The notes below the pieces were generated by a model. That model searched no databases, was not told the DNA's origin, and worked only from the letters and a program-made list of their open reading frames with translations. From positions 62,001-126,000 of IMG/VR virus record IMGVR_UViG_3300049215_000771: a stretch of DNA of 64,000 nucleotides, one strand, 5' to 3'. The position numbers and the translations under genes are program-made. Below are positions 9,243 to 18,291 of this stretch, piece after piece (position 1 is the first letter of the stretch; the number at the start of each line of letters is the position of its first letter).

Positions 9243-9280
9243 GTTTTGGTCCTCCTGTCAGGAAGACCGGCAATCCGGCT

Positions 9281-10459
9281 TTAGGTTCGGGATTCTTTCC
9301 GAATGTTGCTGCTGCTCATGTCGCTGGGTGGCAGCACTTCATCCGGGATCGGTTTCGCCAGGTTGTTGAGATAGTGCGGGCACTTCTCGATGATCTCCAC
9401 CAGCGAAGTCTTCACGCCGTTGATGATCCGGTTGAACACCAGGAAGCGACAGTTGGCCTTTCTGATGCTGTCAATGGCATCGAAACGCTTCTTCTCATCG
9501 TTGCCGTAATACTTCAGGTCGCCGATACGGATGAAGGTGTCCATGCCGACGATGAAGGTGCAGCCGGGGAACAGTTGGGCTTTCTCGGCGAAGGTGGGCG
9601 TCGTGGTGAAATGCAGGTTGCCGGCCCAGGCCGCTCCTTGGATTTGTTCCCACACTTGGTCTTCACGAGTCTTCATGTCGTAGTAGCTGATCGGTGGCTT
9701 GTCCACGTTCCTGATGCACAACTCGAAATCCACCGACTCGCCGTGAAGTTCGTGGACCTTCTGAGCGATTTCCTTGTGGCGGGTGTGCATCGGGTTCCAG
9801 GCACCGGGCATCAGGTACTTCACACTTCCATCAGTCGGCTGACGATTCATGATGAGGGTGAATAGCTGGCGTTTGTCCTGAACCAGTTCCCTCCATTCGG
9901 GGCGGCTCAGGGTGACTTCGCTTCTGCATTCGGCGGGGATGGAGTTGTGCAGGAAACCGAGGACACCTTCTTGCTCGAAGCCGGCCACGAGAGCGTCGAT
10001 AATGCGCTCGGCGGCGAAAGTTTCTTCATCCTCACGGGTCGTTCGGCCACGATGGTCGATTTCGTAGGCGTAGCTGCCGGTGCGGTCTTTGTTCTGGATT
10101 GCTACGAAAACTTGATGTTGACGACCGGCACGCTCATTGCCATCCTTCTTCAAGGAACAAGAAGCGCCGACGCCGACGACATCATAGTTGCCGGCCAGTT
10201 TTGCGGCCCGGATATAGGCAGCCATCGCCAGGGTGCGGGCCGCTTCGATAGAGCAGTATTTGTCGGGTTTGCCCTTCACGAAGTCGTCGAAGGCGTGCTG
10301 GTCATAAGGAACAACGGCTTCCAGGAGCGTATTCGAGCCGCCGCCGTGACGGAGCAACATTCCGATGACTTCAGCGCCGCCGCCCGTGATGGCGAGAACA
10401 GCTTTATGCTGCCCAGGAAGGGCGTGCAGCTTGCGGACCAATTCTTCTGTGTGGTTCAT
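9281..10459 (-). CDS. CinA/PncC-like domain fused to NMN/NaMN adenylyltransferase-like domain
   Basis: N-terminal VLAITGGG...LLEAVVPY...CSIEAARTLA; C-terminal PGAWNPMHTRH (HxxH) and FIVGMDTFIRI. Confidence 0.7.
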   Translation of the reverse strand: MNHTEELVRKLHALPGQHKAVLAITGGGAEVIGMLLRHGGGSNTLLEAVVPYDQHAFDDFVKGKPDKYCSIEAARTLAMAAYIRAAKLAGNYDVVGVGASCSLKKDGNERAGRQHQVFVAIQNKDRTGSYAYEIDHRGRTTREDEETFAAERIIDALVAGFEQEGVLGFLHNSIPAECRSEVTLSRPEWRELVQDKRQLFTLIMNRQPTDGSVKYLMPGAWNPMHTRHKEIAQKVHELHGESVDFELCIRNVDKPPISYYDMKTREDQVWEQIQGAAWAGNLHFTTTPTFAEKAQLFPGCTFIVGMDTFIRIGDLKYYGNDEKKRFDAIDSIRKANCRFLVFNRIINGVKTSLVEIIEKCPHYLNNLAKPIPDEVLPPSDMSSSNIRKESRT

Positions 10460-10478
10460 GGTTTCTCCTTTGCAGTAG

Positions 10479-10507
10479 ATAGTACCACGACAAATTCTGA
10501 TTGTAAA
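10479..10507 (-). promoter_or_regulatory. sigma70-type promoter (divergent pair, leftward)
   Basis: Minus strand TTTACA-17-TACTAT. Confidence 0.65.
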
Positions 10508-10519
10508 TCGAAAAGGCAC

Positions 10520-10548
10520 TTTACAGTTGGGCGTTTTCGGGCTACAAT
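10520..10548 (+). promoter_or_regulatory. sigma70-type promoter (divergent pair, rightward)
   Basis: TTTACA-17-TACAAT. Confidence 0.7.
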
Positions 10549-10578
10549 CATGTGCCTTACCTGATTCTAGGACTTTGT

Positions 10579-10812
10579 ATGGCTAAACCCCGAAGCTGCC
10601 CTTACTGCCAGCGCACCCTCCCCATTGGACAAGGATATAGGTTCGACGAACAGATCAATATGATTTGCGAAGGTTGTGGGAAAGTTATATTTCCGACAAC
10701 CGCCGCCCACGAACCCCCGCCTCCCCGAAATCAGTGGGATCAGCAGCATTTGCAGGTGAGGCCGCAACAATATGGCCCGCTCAAAGACCCTGATGCCGAA
10801 ATCTACCAGTAA
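10579..10812 (+). CDS. zinc-ribbon protein
   Basis: CPYC...CEGC. Confidence 0.6.
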   Translation: MAKPRSCPYCQRTLPIGQGYRFDEQINMICEGCGKVIFPTTAAHEPPPPRNQWDQQHLQVRPQQYGPLKDPDAEIYQ

Positions 10813-10821
10813 GAGGAAGAC

Positions 10822-11523
10822 ATGAGCGACAAACCCGCCATCTTGACGGAACTGGAGCGTGTGTACGAACTGTTGAATGAAAAGTTGTTCGATGGCAAGC
10901 TGAGTCCTGTCAATATCGTCATCGGTCGTGGCGCTGATTACCCGAAGAAGAAGGTGACACTGCGTTACTTCAACGAGTCGAAAAGCCTGGTCGTGGGAGC
11001 CGATTTCCCCGGCCTGGAATACGGCGATCTGCCGCTTGCGCTCCTGCACGAGATGATTCATATCAGGAATGCCCAGGCCGAAGTCGTCGATTGCACCACC
11101 AACCATTACCACAACAAGGCTTTCCTGACTGCGGCGCTTGCTGTGGGCCTCGTGGTCATCAAGCACAAGACCCAAGGGTGGTCGCTTACCACGACGATGT
11201 ATCCGAGGAACGTCGTCCAGAAAAAATACATCATGAAGCCCACCAGGGATGCCGCCACACGCCTTGGTGAAGTTTTCGCCCTCATCAAGTTCGACAAAAC
11301 GATCTTCAAACAAGCCAAGTCGGAAATCCGCCAACAAGCCAAAGAAGACAAGCCCAGCAAAACGTACTTCCTCAAGTACGTTTGCAACTGCCCTCCACCC
11401 CACAACAGCATTCGCAGCGGTCGCCGGCCCGATGGCCCCAATGCCCTCAATATCCAGTGCCAGAACTGTCATTCTACTTTCGTGTGCGTGACGGAACTGG
11501 ACCCCGATGATGAACAGGAGTAG
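10822..11523 (+). CDS. SprT-like zinc metalloprotease with C-terminal Zn ribbon (TAG stop)
   Basis: LLHEMIH (HExxH), YHNKAF; C-terminal YVCNC...IQCQNC. Confidence 0.75.
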   Translation: MSDKPAILTELERVYELLNEKLFDGKLSPVNIVIGRGADYPKKKVTLRYFNESKSLVVGADFPGLEYGDLPLALLHEMIHIRNAQAEVVDCTTNHYHNKAFLTAALAVGLVVIKHKTQGWSLTTTMYPRNVVQKKYIMKPTRDAATRLGEVFALIKFDKTIFKQAKSEIRQQAKEDKPSKTYFLKYVCNCPPPHNSIRSGRRPDGPNALNIQCQNCHSTFVCVTELDPDDEQE

Positions 11524-11526
11524 TCT

Positions 11527-11772
11527 GTGCCGCAGTCTGATGAAAGCATCCTCGCCCATATTCGGAGCGAACTCGCTACCAGTCCGCATGTGAAACAGTA
11601 CAAACTGACCGTTTCCTACACTGGTTGCGGAAGCATCAGCATCACCGGCACCGTCCGAAGCTACTTCCACAAGCAGATAGCGAACGAGGCCGTCAGAAAA
11701 GTTTTGCAAAATACCAAGACCACTATCTTATTCAAGAACGATATTGATGTGGTGTCGGAAAGTCATGGCTGA
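11527..11772 (+). CDS. BON-domain-like protein
   Basis: SISITGTVRSYFHKQIANEAV. Confidence 0.6.
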   Translation: MPQSDESILAHIRSELATSPHVKQYKLTVSYTGCGSISITGTVRSYFHKQIANEAVRKVLQNTKTTILFKNDIDVVSESHG

Positions 11773-11792
11773 CAATAATTTGCGGCCACTAC

Positions 11793-11821
11793 TTTACAAC
11801 TCACGGTTTGCGGGGTATCAT
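11793..11821 (+). promoter_or_regulatory. sigma70-type promoter
   Basis: TTTACA-17-TATCAT. Confidence 0.7.
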
Positions 11822-11858
11822 CCCCGTGTCAAAATTGTGAAGATGAGGAGAGTGGTCC

Positions 11859-12497
11859 ATGCCGCAAGTGATCTTTCCACCCCGTCCGAAGGGCCGGATG
11901 AATCCGAAGGATTTGCCGTTCTACGAGGAGAGCGGCCTGTGGTGTGCCCAGCGCAAGTTCAACGGCACCAGGAACTTGATCCATATTGAGGCCACCGGCA
12001 AGGTCAGCGTGTGGGGTCGGCATGGCGAGCCGCACAAGAAGTTTTCTTTCAACAACACCTACCGGGACGAATTATTGTCCTGCCTCAAATTGGACAAGGG
12101 CGTTGAGTATTGGCTTGACTCCGAAGTGATGAACAAGCAGGCCAACGCCACCAACGAAATCATCCTTTACGACGTTCTTCAGGTGGGTCGCTATTTCTTC
12201 GGCAGCCCTGACCAGATGCAGCGCCTCGAAATTCTCAAGGGCATTTGTGGTGATCCACAAGACCTTGAGCCGGGCGGACTTGCACTTCGCCTGACAGACC
12301 GGGTGTGGATGGCGCAGACTTTCCCGGACCATTTCGTTGATCGGTTCAACGAGTCCCTTTCAAATCCCAAATTGGAGGGTTTGGTACTACGCAAGCGCAA
12401 GGCAGCCCTCGATCATTTCGGCAATGTCGAATACGAAACCGGCAACCTGATCCGGTGTCGCAAGCCATTTGCCGAAGACAAGGGATATAACCTGTAA
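11859..12497 (+). CDS. ATP-dependent ligase-like adenylation domain (no OB domain)
   Basis: AQRKFNGTR (motif I), WLDSEV, LYDVL, EGLVLRK; only 212 aa. Confidence 0.7.
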   Translation: MPQVIFPPRPKGRMNPKDLPFYEESGLWCAQRKFNGTRNLIHIEATGKVSVWGRHGEPHKKFSFNNTYRDELLSCLKLDKGVEYWLDSEVMNKQANATNEIILYDVLQVGRYFFGSPDQMQRLEILKGICGDPQDLEPGGLALRLTDRVWMAQTFPDHFVDRFNESLSNPKLEGLVLRKRKAALDHFGNVEYETGNLIRCRKPFAEDKGYNL

Positions 12498-12502
12498 CGG
12501 GC

Positions 12503-12531
12503 TTGACGCCGAGCAGTTGCCAGGATATTCT
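12503..12531 (+). promoter_or_regulatory. sigma70-type promoter
   Basis: TTGACG-17-TATTCT. Confidence 0.5.
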
Positions 12532-12580
12532 TGTCAGATGGGGCTGGGCGTATGAACATCGTATTTTGAGGAGAGCAAGC

Positions 12581-13882
12581 ATGTCTTCGGACAAAAACGA
12601 AGCCGGCGTGGAATTGCCGGATGGCATTACGCATCTGCATGGTGCCATGTATCTGGTCCGGTTCAACTTGCTGCAAGTGCCGGACCCGGACGCCAAGTGC
12701 GGCGACGAGGCCAACAAGGAGTACGAATTCCGCAACCCCAGGACGCTCACCGAGAAGGGCCAATCGGTCCTGTTCGATAAGCAGAAGTCGCAGGAGATGC
12801 GGGATTCCATCAGGGAGAAGACTCTGCTCACGCCTTTCATCTGCCGCTGGAAGAACAAGGCGGTCCAGATGGTTGGGGGCGAGCGGCGGCATCGGGCGGT
12901 GTCGTGGCTGATCCACAAGAAGGAGATGGTCAAAGACCCCCGCTCGCTCAAGTTCAACGACGACATGGAGCCGCAGTACGATTACAGTCCTGCGGACCAG
13001 GTGTACGAATTCGTCCTGTGTCAAATCTACCATGCCTCCAACGATCTGGATGCTTTGGCTCTCGCTTACACGGAGAATGACTGCCGTGTGAATCAGGGGC
13101 CGGGGCACGACATCGCTATGGTGTTGGAACTCCGCAAGTGCGGTGCTTCCGACGAGAAGATCATGGGGGTGATGTCGAAGGACGAGAAGTGGTTGCGGGA
13201 TACCGACAACCTCATCGCCGGCCTCGACGAGTCCACGTTGCGTGACGTGATCGAGGACACCATCGACCGTGAAGCCGCCCTCGAACTCCTTCCCATCAAG
13301 GAGAAGTTCAATGAGGAAGTCACGGCGAAGGTGAAGGAAGTCGCCAAAGACCTGGCCGACAAAGACTACAAGAAGCGATTCGAGCGTCTGACCAAGCGTC
13401 TGACCGAGGCCCGTGACGAACAGGAGATCGCCGAAGGCAATGTCGCTGATTCTTCTTTCCGCTCCGATGCCCAACAAGCTGAGGATCAGGAGAGCCTGAC
13501 GGAAGCTACGGCCAAGGTGCAACGCATCGCCAAAGACCGTGCCGGCGACAAGCCCAAGGTGACGCCTGGCAATGTCCGCAGTGGTCTGCGGGTCATTGTC
13601 GGCGAAGGTGAGTCCGAGGACGGCGAAGGGACTGCCGCTCCTTCTGGTGGTGCCCGCCCGCCGACTCAACCCAAGGCGTTGCGATACGCCAAGATCAAGG
13701 AAGCCTATATCGACGTTCTGGATGATCTGGTGAAGAAGGGCGGCAAACACCCGGAGTTCAAGGAATTCACCGCTTCGCCTGATGCCTGCAAGCTGGCGAA
13801 GAAGCTGATCTCGGCGCTGGCGACGGGAGACAGCGAGTGCATCGAGATCATTCGCCTTCACTACAAGGGGCTTTCTGGATGA
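12581..13882 (+). CDS. ParB/Srx-like N-terminal domain protein with coiled-coil C-terminus
   Basis: SIREKTLLTPFICR...QMVGGERRHRAV; GAGGAG RBS. Confidence 0.65.
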   Translation: MSSDKNEAGVELPDGITHLHGAMYLVRFNLLQVPDPDAKCGDEANKEYEFRNPRTLTEKGQSVLFDKQKSQEMRDSIREKTLLTPFICRWKNKAVQMVGGERRHRAVSWLIHKKEMVKDPRSLKFNDDMEPQYDYSPADQVYEFVLCQIYHASNDLDALALAYTENDCRVNQGPGHDIAMVLELRKCGASDEKIMGVMSKDEKWLRDTDNLIAGLDESTLRDVIEDTIDREAALELLPIKEKFNEEVTAKVKEVAKDLADKDYKKRFERLTKRLTEARDEQEIAEGNVADSSFRSDAQQAEDQESLTEATAKVQRIAKDRAGDKPKVTPGNVRSGLRVIVGEGESEDGEGTAAPSGGARPPTQPKALRYAKIKEAYIDVLDDLVKKGGKHPEFKEFTASPDACKLAKKLISALATGDSECIEIIRLHYKGLSG

Positions 13883-13934
13883 GGCTTCCTTCGCAAGAAG
13901 GGAGTGGTGTGCCACCCTGTTCTACAGGGCACAG

Positions 13935-13969
13935 CCCCGGTGGGAGTAAAATCCCACCGGGGTTTTTTT
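13935..13969 (+). terminator. intrinsic terminator
   Basis: CCCCGGTGGGA-GTAAAA-TCCCACCGGGG followed by T7. Confidence 0.85.
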
Positions 13970-13993
13970 GTTTTGGCGGGATACATATCTGCA

Positions 13994-14302
13994 ATGATCT
14001 ACACCTGCCCCAACTGCGGTTTTCAGCTTGAAGAAAAACTGAACGATGGGCTGACCCATTGTTCGCATTGTCAAAGGGTGTTCGACAGCAGCGATTACAA
14101 CAGGCTCCTCTCCGCTGCCTGGCTGGTTCGTCGGCACAATCAAACCAAAGAACAACTAATGTTCCAGATGAATATGCCCGAAGACGAGGCTATACTCGTA
14201 TGCACCTTCGTTGGTGACTATGGATATAACCACGAGGAATTCCAAAGGGTATTGAAGAAGCTGGGCGTTGCGCAGCGGGCATATATGAATTACTCGGCCT
14301 GA
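13994..14302 (+). CDS. zinc-ribbon protein
   Basis: YTCPNCG...HCSHC. Confidence 0.65.
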   Translation: MIYTCPNCGFQLEEKLNDGLTHCSHCQRVFDSSDYNRLLSAAWLVRRHNQTKEQLMFQMNMPEDEAILVCTFVGDYGYNHEEFQRVLKKLGVAQRAYMNYSA

Positions 14303-14360
14303 CCGATATTGATATTGATCCTTTGCCGCCACTGCGATATTATCTGCTAAGGAGGGGCAA

Positions 14361-14990
14361 ATGAGAATCAATTTCTTCGGCGGGCCTGGCTGCGGCAAAA
14401 GTACCATTGCCGCCAAAATCTTCTCCGAACTGAAGATCAGGAACTACAGCATCGAAATCGTTCATGAGTACATCAAGAAATGGGCGTACATGAAGCGGGT
14501 GCCGCAATCGTTCGATCAGGTGTACATTTTTGGCCAGCAGTTGCACGCTGAAGACCTGGTGTGTCAAAGCGGCGTGCAACACCTTGTCACGGACTCGCCT
14601 CTCTACATGCAACCGTTCTACGCAAGAACCTACAATGTGCCGATCTGGAACGAGTTGATGATGATCGCCAAGCAGTACGAAAGGATTCACCCTTCTCTCA
14701 ACATCTTTCTGAATCGGGCTGTTACCTATCAGCAGAACGGGCGCTATGAGACGCCCGAAGTAGCGCTGGACCGTGATGCCAAAATGCGAGAATTTCTGGA
14801 ACAGCAATGTATCCCCTTTGTCGTTTTCAAACCGACAGATTATACTGACATTCTCAATTATGTTGATCTCTACCTTTCCTCGCCGGATACCAAGGCCGAG
14901 GATTTGGTGAAGAAAGAACTCAAGAAAAAGCCCAAGCGAAAACGTCGTGACCCTGAAGTTGTGGATTACACGGAGTACAGTTGCTCATGA
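14361..14990 (+). CDS. P-loop kinase, NadR/AAA_28-like
   Basis: INFFGGPGCGKST, VHEYIK, LVTDSPL. Confidence 0.75.
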   Translation: MRINFFGGPGCGKSTIAAKIFSELKIRNYSIEIVHEYIKKWAYMKRVPQSFDQVYIFGQQLHAEDLVCQSGVQHLVTDSPLYMQPFYARTYNVPIWNELMMIAKQYERIHPSLNIFLNRAVTYQQNGRYETPEVALDRDAKMREFLEQQCIPFVVFKPTDYTDILNYVDLYLSSPDTKAEDLVKKELKKKPKRKRRDPEVVDYTEYSCS

Positions 14991-15859
14991 GTTGCCAGAT
15001 CATTGACGGGAATGCCATCAGCGAAGCTATCCGGGCCGAACTTGCTGTTGAAGTTGCCAAGTTCAAAGAAGATTACAACGTCCAGCCCAGGCTGGCGGTC
15101 GTGTTGATTGGCGATGACCCGGCCAGCCAAATCTACGTCAAGAAGAAACGACAGGCGTGCGAGGAAGTCGGTATTGCCAGTTGTGTTGTTAGCCCACATT
15201 TGGGGCATATGCCTCAAAGAAGACTTGAAGAATCTATCCAGCATCTTGATGAGAACGAAGATATTCATGGTATCTTGGTGCAGCTTCCGCTGCCCAAGGA
15301 AATCAACGTGATGAGAATCTTCGACATGATTGACCCGCTCAAAGATGTGGATGTTTTTACGCCCTACAACGTCGGCTTGCTTGTGCAGGGAAGACCCAGG
15401 TACAAGCCTTGCACGCCTCACGCCGTCCAGCAACTTCTTGCCAGGTCTGGCATCCCGATTGCTGGACAGCATGTTGTGGTCATCAACCGCAGCAATGTCG
15501 TGGGCAAGCCCTTGTCCTCGATGCTGATTCAGGATTGCGATGATTTTGCCAACGCCACGGTCACAGTTTGCCACGACCGGACCCCGCCCGAAATGCTGGA
15601 GGAACTGACCAGGATGGCCGACATCGTTGTTGTGGCAGTTGGTCAGCCCGGCTTTCTCACCAGCAAGATGCTCAAACCTGGTGCAGTCGTTGTGGACGTT
15701 GGGATTACCAGAATCGACGACAAGGTGTACGGCGATGCCGATCCATCTTGCTATGAGGTTGCGAGCTATATTACCCCTGTGCCGGGCGGCGTCGGCCCCA
15801 TGACCGTTACCATGCTTTTGGAAAATACCCTCGCCGCCGCAAAACTGCTTCAGTTGTGA
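14987..15859 (+). CDS. folD: methylenetetrahydrofolate dehydrogenase/cyclohydrolase
   Basis: IHGILVQLPLP, KDVD, PCTPHA, GKPL, ITPVPGGVGPMTVTML. Confidence 0.95.
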   Translation: MSCQIIDGNAISEAIRAELAVEVAKFKEDYNVQPRLAVVLIGDDPASQIYVKKKRQACEEVGIASCVVSPHLGHMPQRRLEESIQHLDENEDIHGILVQLPLPKEINVMRIFDMIDPLKDVDVFTPYNVGLLVQGRPRYKPCTPHAVQQLLARSGIPIAGQHVVVINRSNVVGKPLSSMLIQDCDDFANATVTVCHDRTPPEMLEELTRMADIVVVAVGQPGFLTSKMLKPGAVVVDVGITRIDDKVYGDADPSCYEVASYITPVPGGVGPMTVTMLLENTLAAAKLLQL

Positions 15860-15888
15860 TTTACAACCAGACTAGATGCTGGTATTAT
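15860..15888 (+). promoter_or_regulatory. sigma70-type promoter
   Basis: TTTACA-17-TATTAT. Confidence 0.7.
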
Positions 15889-15895
15889 GGAAATC

Positions 15896-16930
15896 ATGGC
15901 ATCGTTTCTAACGAAAAAGGGGGCCACAGTGGACTTACGGGTGTTTGGTCTTGGGCAGTCACAGGAGTACGCCGACCAGGTGTGCCGGTCGATAGGGTTC
16001 AAGCGTACACCACACACTGAGGAGTTCCAGGATGACGGTGAGCCGTATGTCCTCTCGAAAGAAAACGTCCGGGGCTGTGATGTTTTTGTCGTTTCTTCTC
16101 TCTACAGTTGTGAGAAGGAACGGCTGGCCGACAAGTTCATCAAGTTGTTGTTTTTTGCTCGATCTCTCCGGGATGCCAGCGCTGGCAGATTGACGTTGGT
16201 GGTTCCCTACCTGGCCTACCAACGACAAGACCGGAAAACGGAATCGAGAGCGCCTGTTTACACCAAGTATGTCCCGGAGATGGTGGAAGGTTTGCTGGGG
16301 AAGGACGCTCGCATTTTGACGATGGATGCCCATAATCTTTCCGCCTTCCAGTCCGGCTTCCGCATGATGATCGACCATCTGGAGGCGAAGCCTTTGGTTG
16401 GCGACTGGTTCAGTAGAAACTACAAGGATTTCGACGAATTGGACGTTGACAACCTCGTGGCTTGTTCGCCGGACGAGGGTGGGGTGAAACGTACTGGCTA
16501 CTACCGTGACGAACTTTCGTCGAACCTGAAGGTTGATGTCGGCGTGGCGGCGGTTTACAAGGAGCGACGGGGCAAGAAGGTCCATTCACACGGCGTCATG
16601 GGTCACGTCAAGGGCAAGGACGTGATCTTGTTTGACGACTTGATCTCCAGCGGCAAAACGCTGATGGTCGCCACACAGGAGGTTGAGAAGGCCGGGGGCA
16701 GGGTTCGGGCGGCGGTTTGCACCCACGGTTTGTTTGTGGGCAACGCCAACGAGAACATTGGACACTTGATCGAGAAGGGGGTTAAGGTCGTGGTGACGGA
16801 CACGGTTGAACCGTTCCGGCTCGCCCCCGCTTTGAGGGAGAAGTTGGCGGTCATTCCAACTGCCAAACTGTTCGGGGAGGCCATTCGCTGTATTCACAAC
16901 GAGGAGTCCTTGAGCCGATTGTTGGGATAA
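15896..16930 (+). CDS. prs: ribose-phosphate pyrophosphokinase family protein
   Basis: FQDDGE, VPYLAYQRQDR, MDAH, SPDEGG, ILFDDLISSGKT. Confidence 0.9.
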   Translation: MASFLTKKGATVDLRVFGLGQSQEYADQVCRSIGFKRTPHTEEFQDDGEPYVLSKENVRGCDVFVVSSLYSCEKERLADKFIKLLFFARSLRDASAGRLTLVVPYLAYQRQDRKTESRAPVYTKYVPEMVEGLLGKDARILTMDAHNLSAFQSGFRMMIDHLEAKPLVGDWFSRNYKDFDELDVDNLVACSPDEGGVKRTGYYRDELSSNLKVDVGVAAVYKERRGKKVHSHGVMGHVKGKDVILFDDLISSGKTLMVATQEVEKAGGRVRAAVCTHGLFVGNANENIGHLIEKGVKVVVTDTVEPFRLAPALREKLAVIPTAKLFGEAIRCIHNEESLSRLLG

Positions 16931-16940
16931 TGCCAAGGAA

Positions 16941-16965
16941 ACGGGGCGGGAAAGTCCCGCCCCGT
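16941..16965. terminator. hairpin between convergent prs and csrA
   Basis: ACGGGGCGGGA-AAG-TCCCGCCCCGT. Confidence 0.65.
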
Positions 16966-16975
16966 GATGGCTGCT

Positions 16976-17173
16976 TTAGACGACAGCTTCAAGATGCTGT
17001 TCTTCAACCGGCTCGGCGAGTTCTGACCGAAGGACGGTAATATCCTTCTCGGCCTCGATTCCGATGCGGACCTTGTTGCGGTTGTCAATCCTAACAACTG
17101 TGATACGAATATCCTGCATGTTTGGTCCCTTGAGGATGATCGTTTCGTCTTTCTTCCGAGATAGCACAAGCAT
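16976..17173 (-). CDS. csrA: carbon storage regulator CsrA/RsmA
   Basis: MLVLSRKKDETIIL...VRIGIEAEKDITVLRSEL. Confidence 0.88.
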   Translation of the reverse strand: MLVLSRKKDETIILKGPNMQDIRITVVRIDNRNKVRIGIEAEKDITVLRSELAEPVEEQHLEAVV

Positions 17174-17270
17174 GGGTACTTCCTTTCTTGCAATAGTGCC
17201 GATTCGTTATCTACAAGAGTACCCTGCAACTTTTTTTCCGAAGGACGCCAGAAAATTCTGATACGATGGC

Positions 17271-17298
17271 TTTACAACCAGATATTTTGGCGTACCAT
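17271..17298 (+). promoter_or_regulatory. sigma70-type promoter
   Basis: TTTACA-16-TACCAT; downstream 8-bp leader hairpin at 17312-17338. Confidence 0.55.
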
Positions 17299-17377
17299 CT
17301 GAATAGAGCGTATACGGCAACTGTGGCCCCTGCCGTATTGAATCTCACGATATTGGGGTCAGTCGAGGAGTGAACCG

Positions 17378-17836
17378 ATGAGCATGTCACTCGAAAAAGC
17401 GCAGCGAGTCGCTGAACTCGCTCAGGAAAGGGTCGGCCTCCTGGAGCGGCTGGCCGACGTGAACCGAGAAATTGCCGCAGCGATGGCTGATGAGCCTGGA
17501 GCCGTCTCCGATACCACTGTGGTTCGCAGCACAGCCCCCGCTCCGAAGAAAGCGAAGAAGACCGGCATCACTGTGATCGGCAAGGGCGTCCCTCGCAAAA
17601 CGGACGACGGCAAGCAGCCCGATCTCCCAACCCTTCTGGCGCAGATCGCCGCCGAGCAACAGCGTCCGCTCAAGATCGCCGACTTCGTGTCCCTGGCACG
17701 GGCGGCAGGCTACCAGACCGACGCCAAGGACTTCCCCAACATGGTCTACCAGGCGCTCCTCAAGCTGGTCAAGCGGGGTATCCTCGAAAAAGACCAGGAG
17801 AGCCGGGACTACCATTACGTTGGCCAGGCGGCGTAA
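17378..17836 (+). CDS. coiled-coil plus winged-helix DNA-binding protein
   Basis: Basic linker KKAKK; C-terminal MVYQALLKLVKRG; GAGGAG RBS. Confidence 0.6.
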   Translation: MSMSLEKAQRVAELAQERVGLLERLADVNREIAAAMADEPGAVSDTTVVRSTAPAPKKAKKTGITVIGKGVPRKTDDGKQPDLPTLLAQIAAEQQRPLKIADFVSLARAAGYQTDAKDFPNMVYQALLKLVKRGILEKDQESRDYHYVGQAA

Positions 17837-17854
17837 CCCGCTATCTCGATACAC

Positions 17855-17885
17855 AAACGGCCCGCCTTCTTTGGCGGGCCGTTTT
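17855..17885 (+). terminator. intrinsic terminator
   Basis: AAACGGCCCGCC-TTCTTT-GGCGGGCCGTTTT. Confidence 0.8.
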
Positions 17886-17886
17886 C

Positions 17887-17915
17887 TTTACAACCACACA
17901 CATTCGTAGTATCAT
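17887..17915 (+). promoter_or_regulatory. sigma70-type promoter
   Basis: TTTACA-17-TATCAT. Confidence 0.7.
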
Positions 17916-17954
17916 CCTACGGGCAAACCTTCCTCAAACCTGAAAGGAACTAGA

Positions 17955-18290
17955 ATGCAGCAGCCCAAGGTCAAAATCGTTGCGCAAGTCCTGAATGAAA
18001 TGGGCTTGTGCCGGGAACCCGACACGAACAAGCTGCCGGATGGCTGGCGGCAGCGTGTCGAGAAGGCACTTGCCAAGCAAGGTGTCAAATGCCATATGAC
18101 GACCATTTACGAGGTTCGTCGTAAGGAAGTGGCCCGCCTTCAGGAAGAAGCGAGGCGTGTGACCTTGCCTCAGCCGGCTCGCCTGCAACCAGTCACGGTC
18201 CATGCTCCTCCGGTGACGGGGCAATTTCAGGAAGCCCCGGCCAACAACACGCCGGCGCAGGAGCCTGACCTGACGCAAAAGTCAAGATGA
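17955..18290 (+). CDS. hypothetical protein
   Basis: 111-aa ORF with AAGGA RBS. Confidence 0.6.
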   Translation: MQQPKVKIVAQVLNEMGLCREPDTNKLPDGWRQRVEKALAKQGVKCHMTTIYEVRRKEVARLQEEARRVTLPQPARLQPVTVHAPPVTGQFQEAPANNTPAQEPDLTQKSR

Positions 18291-18291
18291 A

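Noticed and set aside
10822-11772. TAG read-through fusion of the SprT-like and BON genes (in frame)
   Set aside because: The BON ORF has its own AGGAG RBS, and in-frame adjacency occurs by chance about one time in three.
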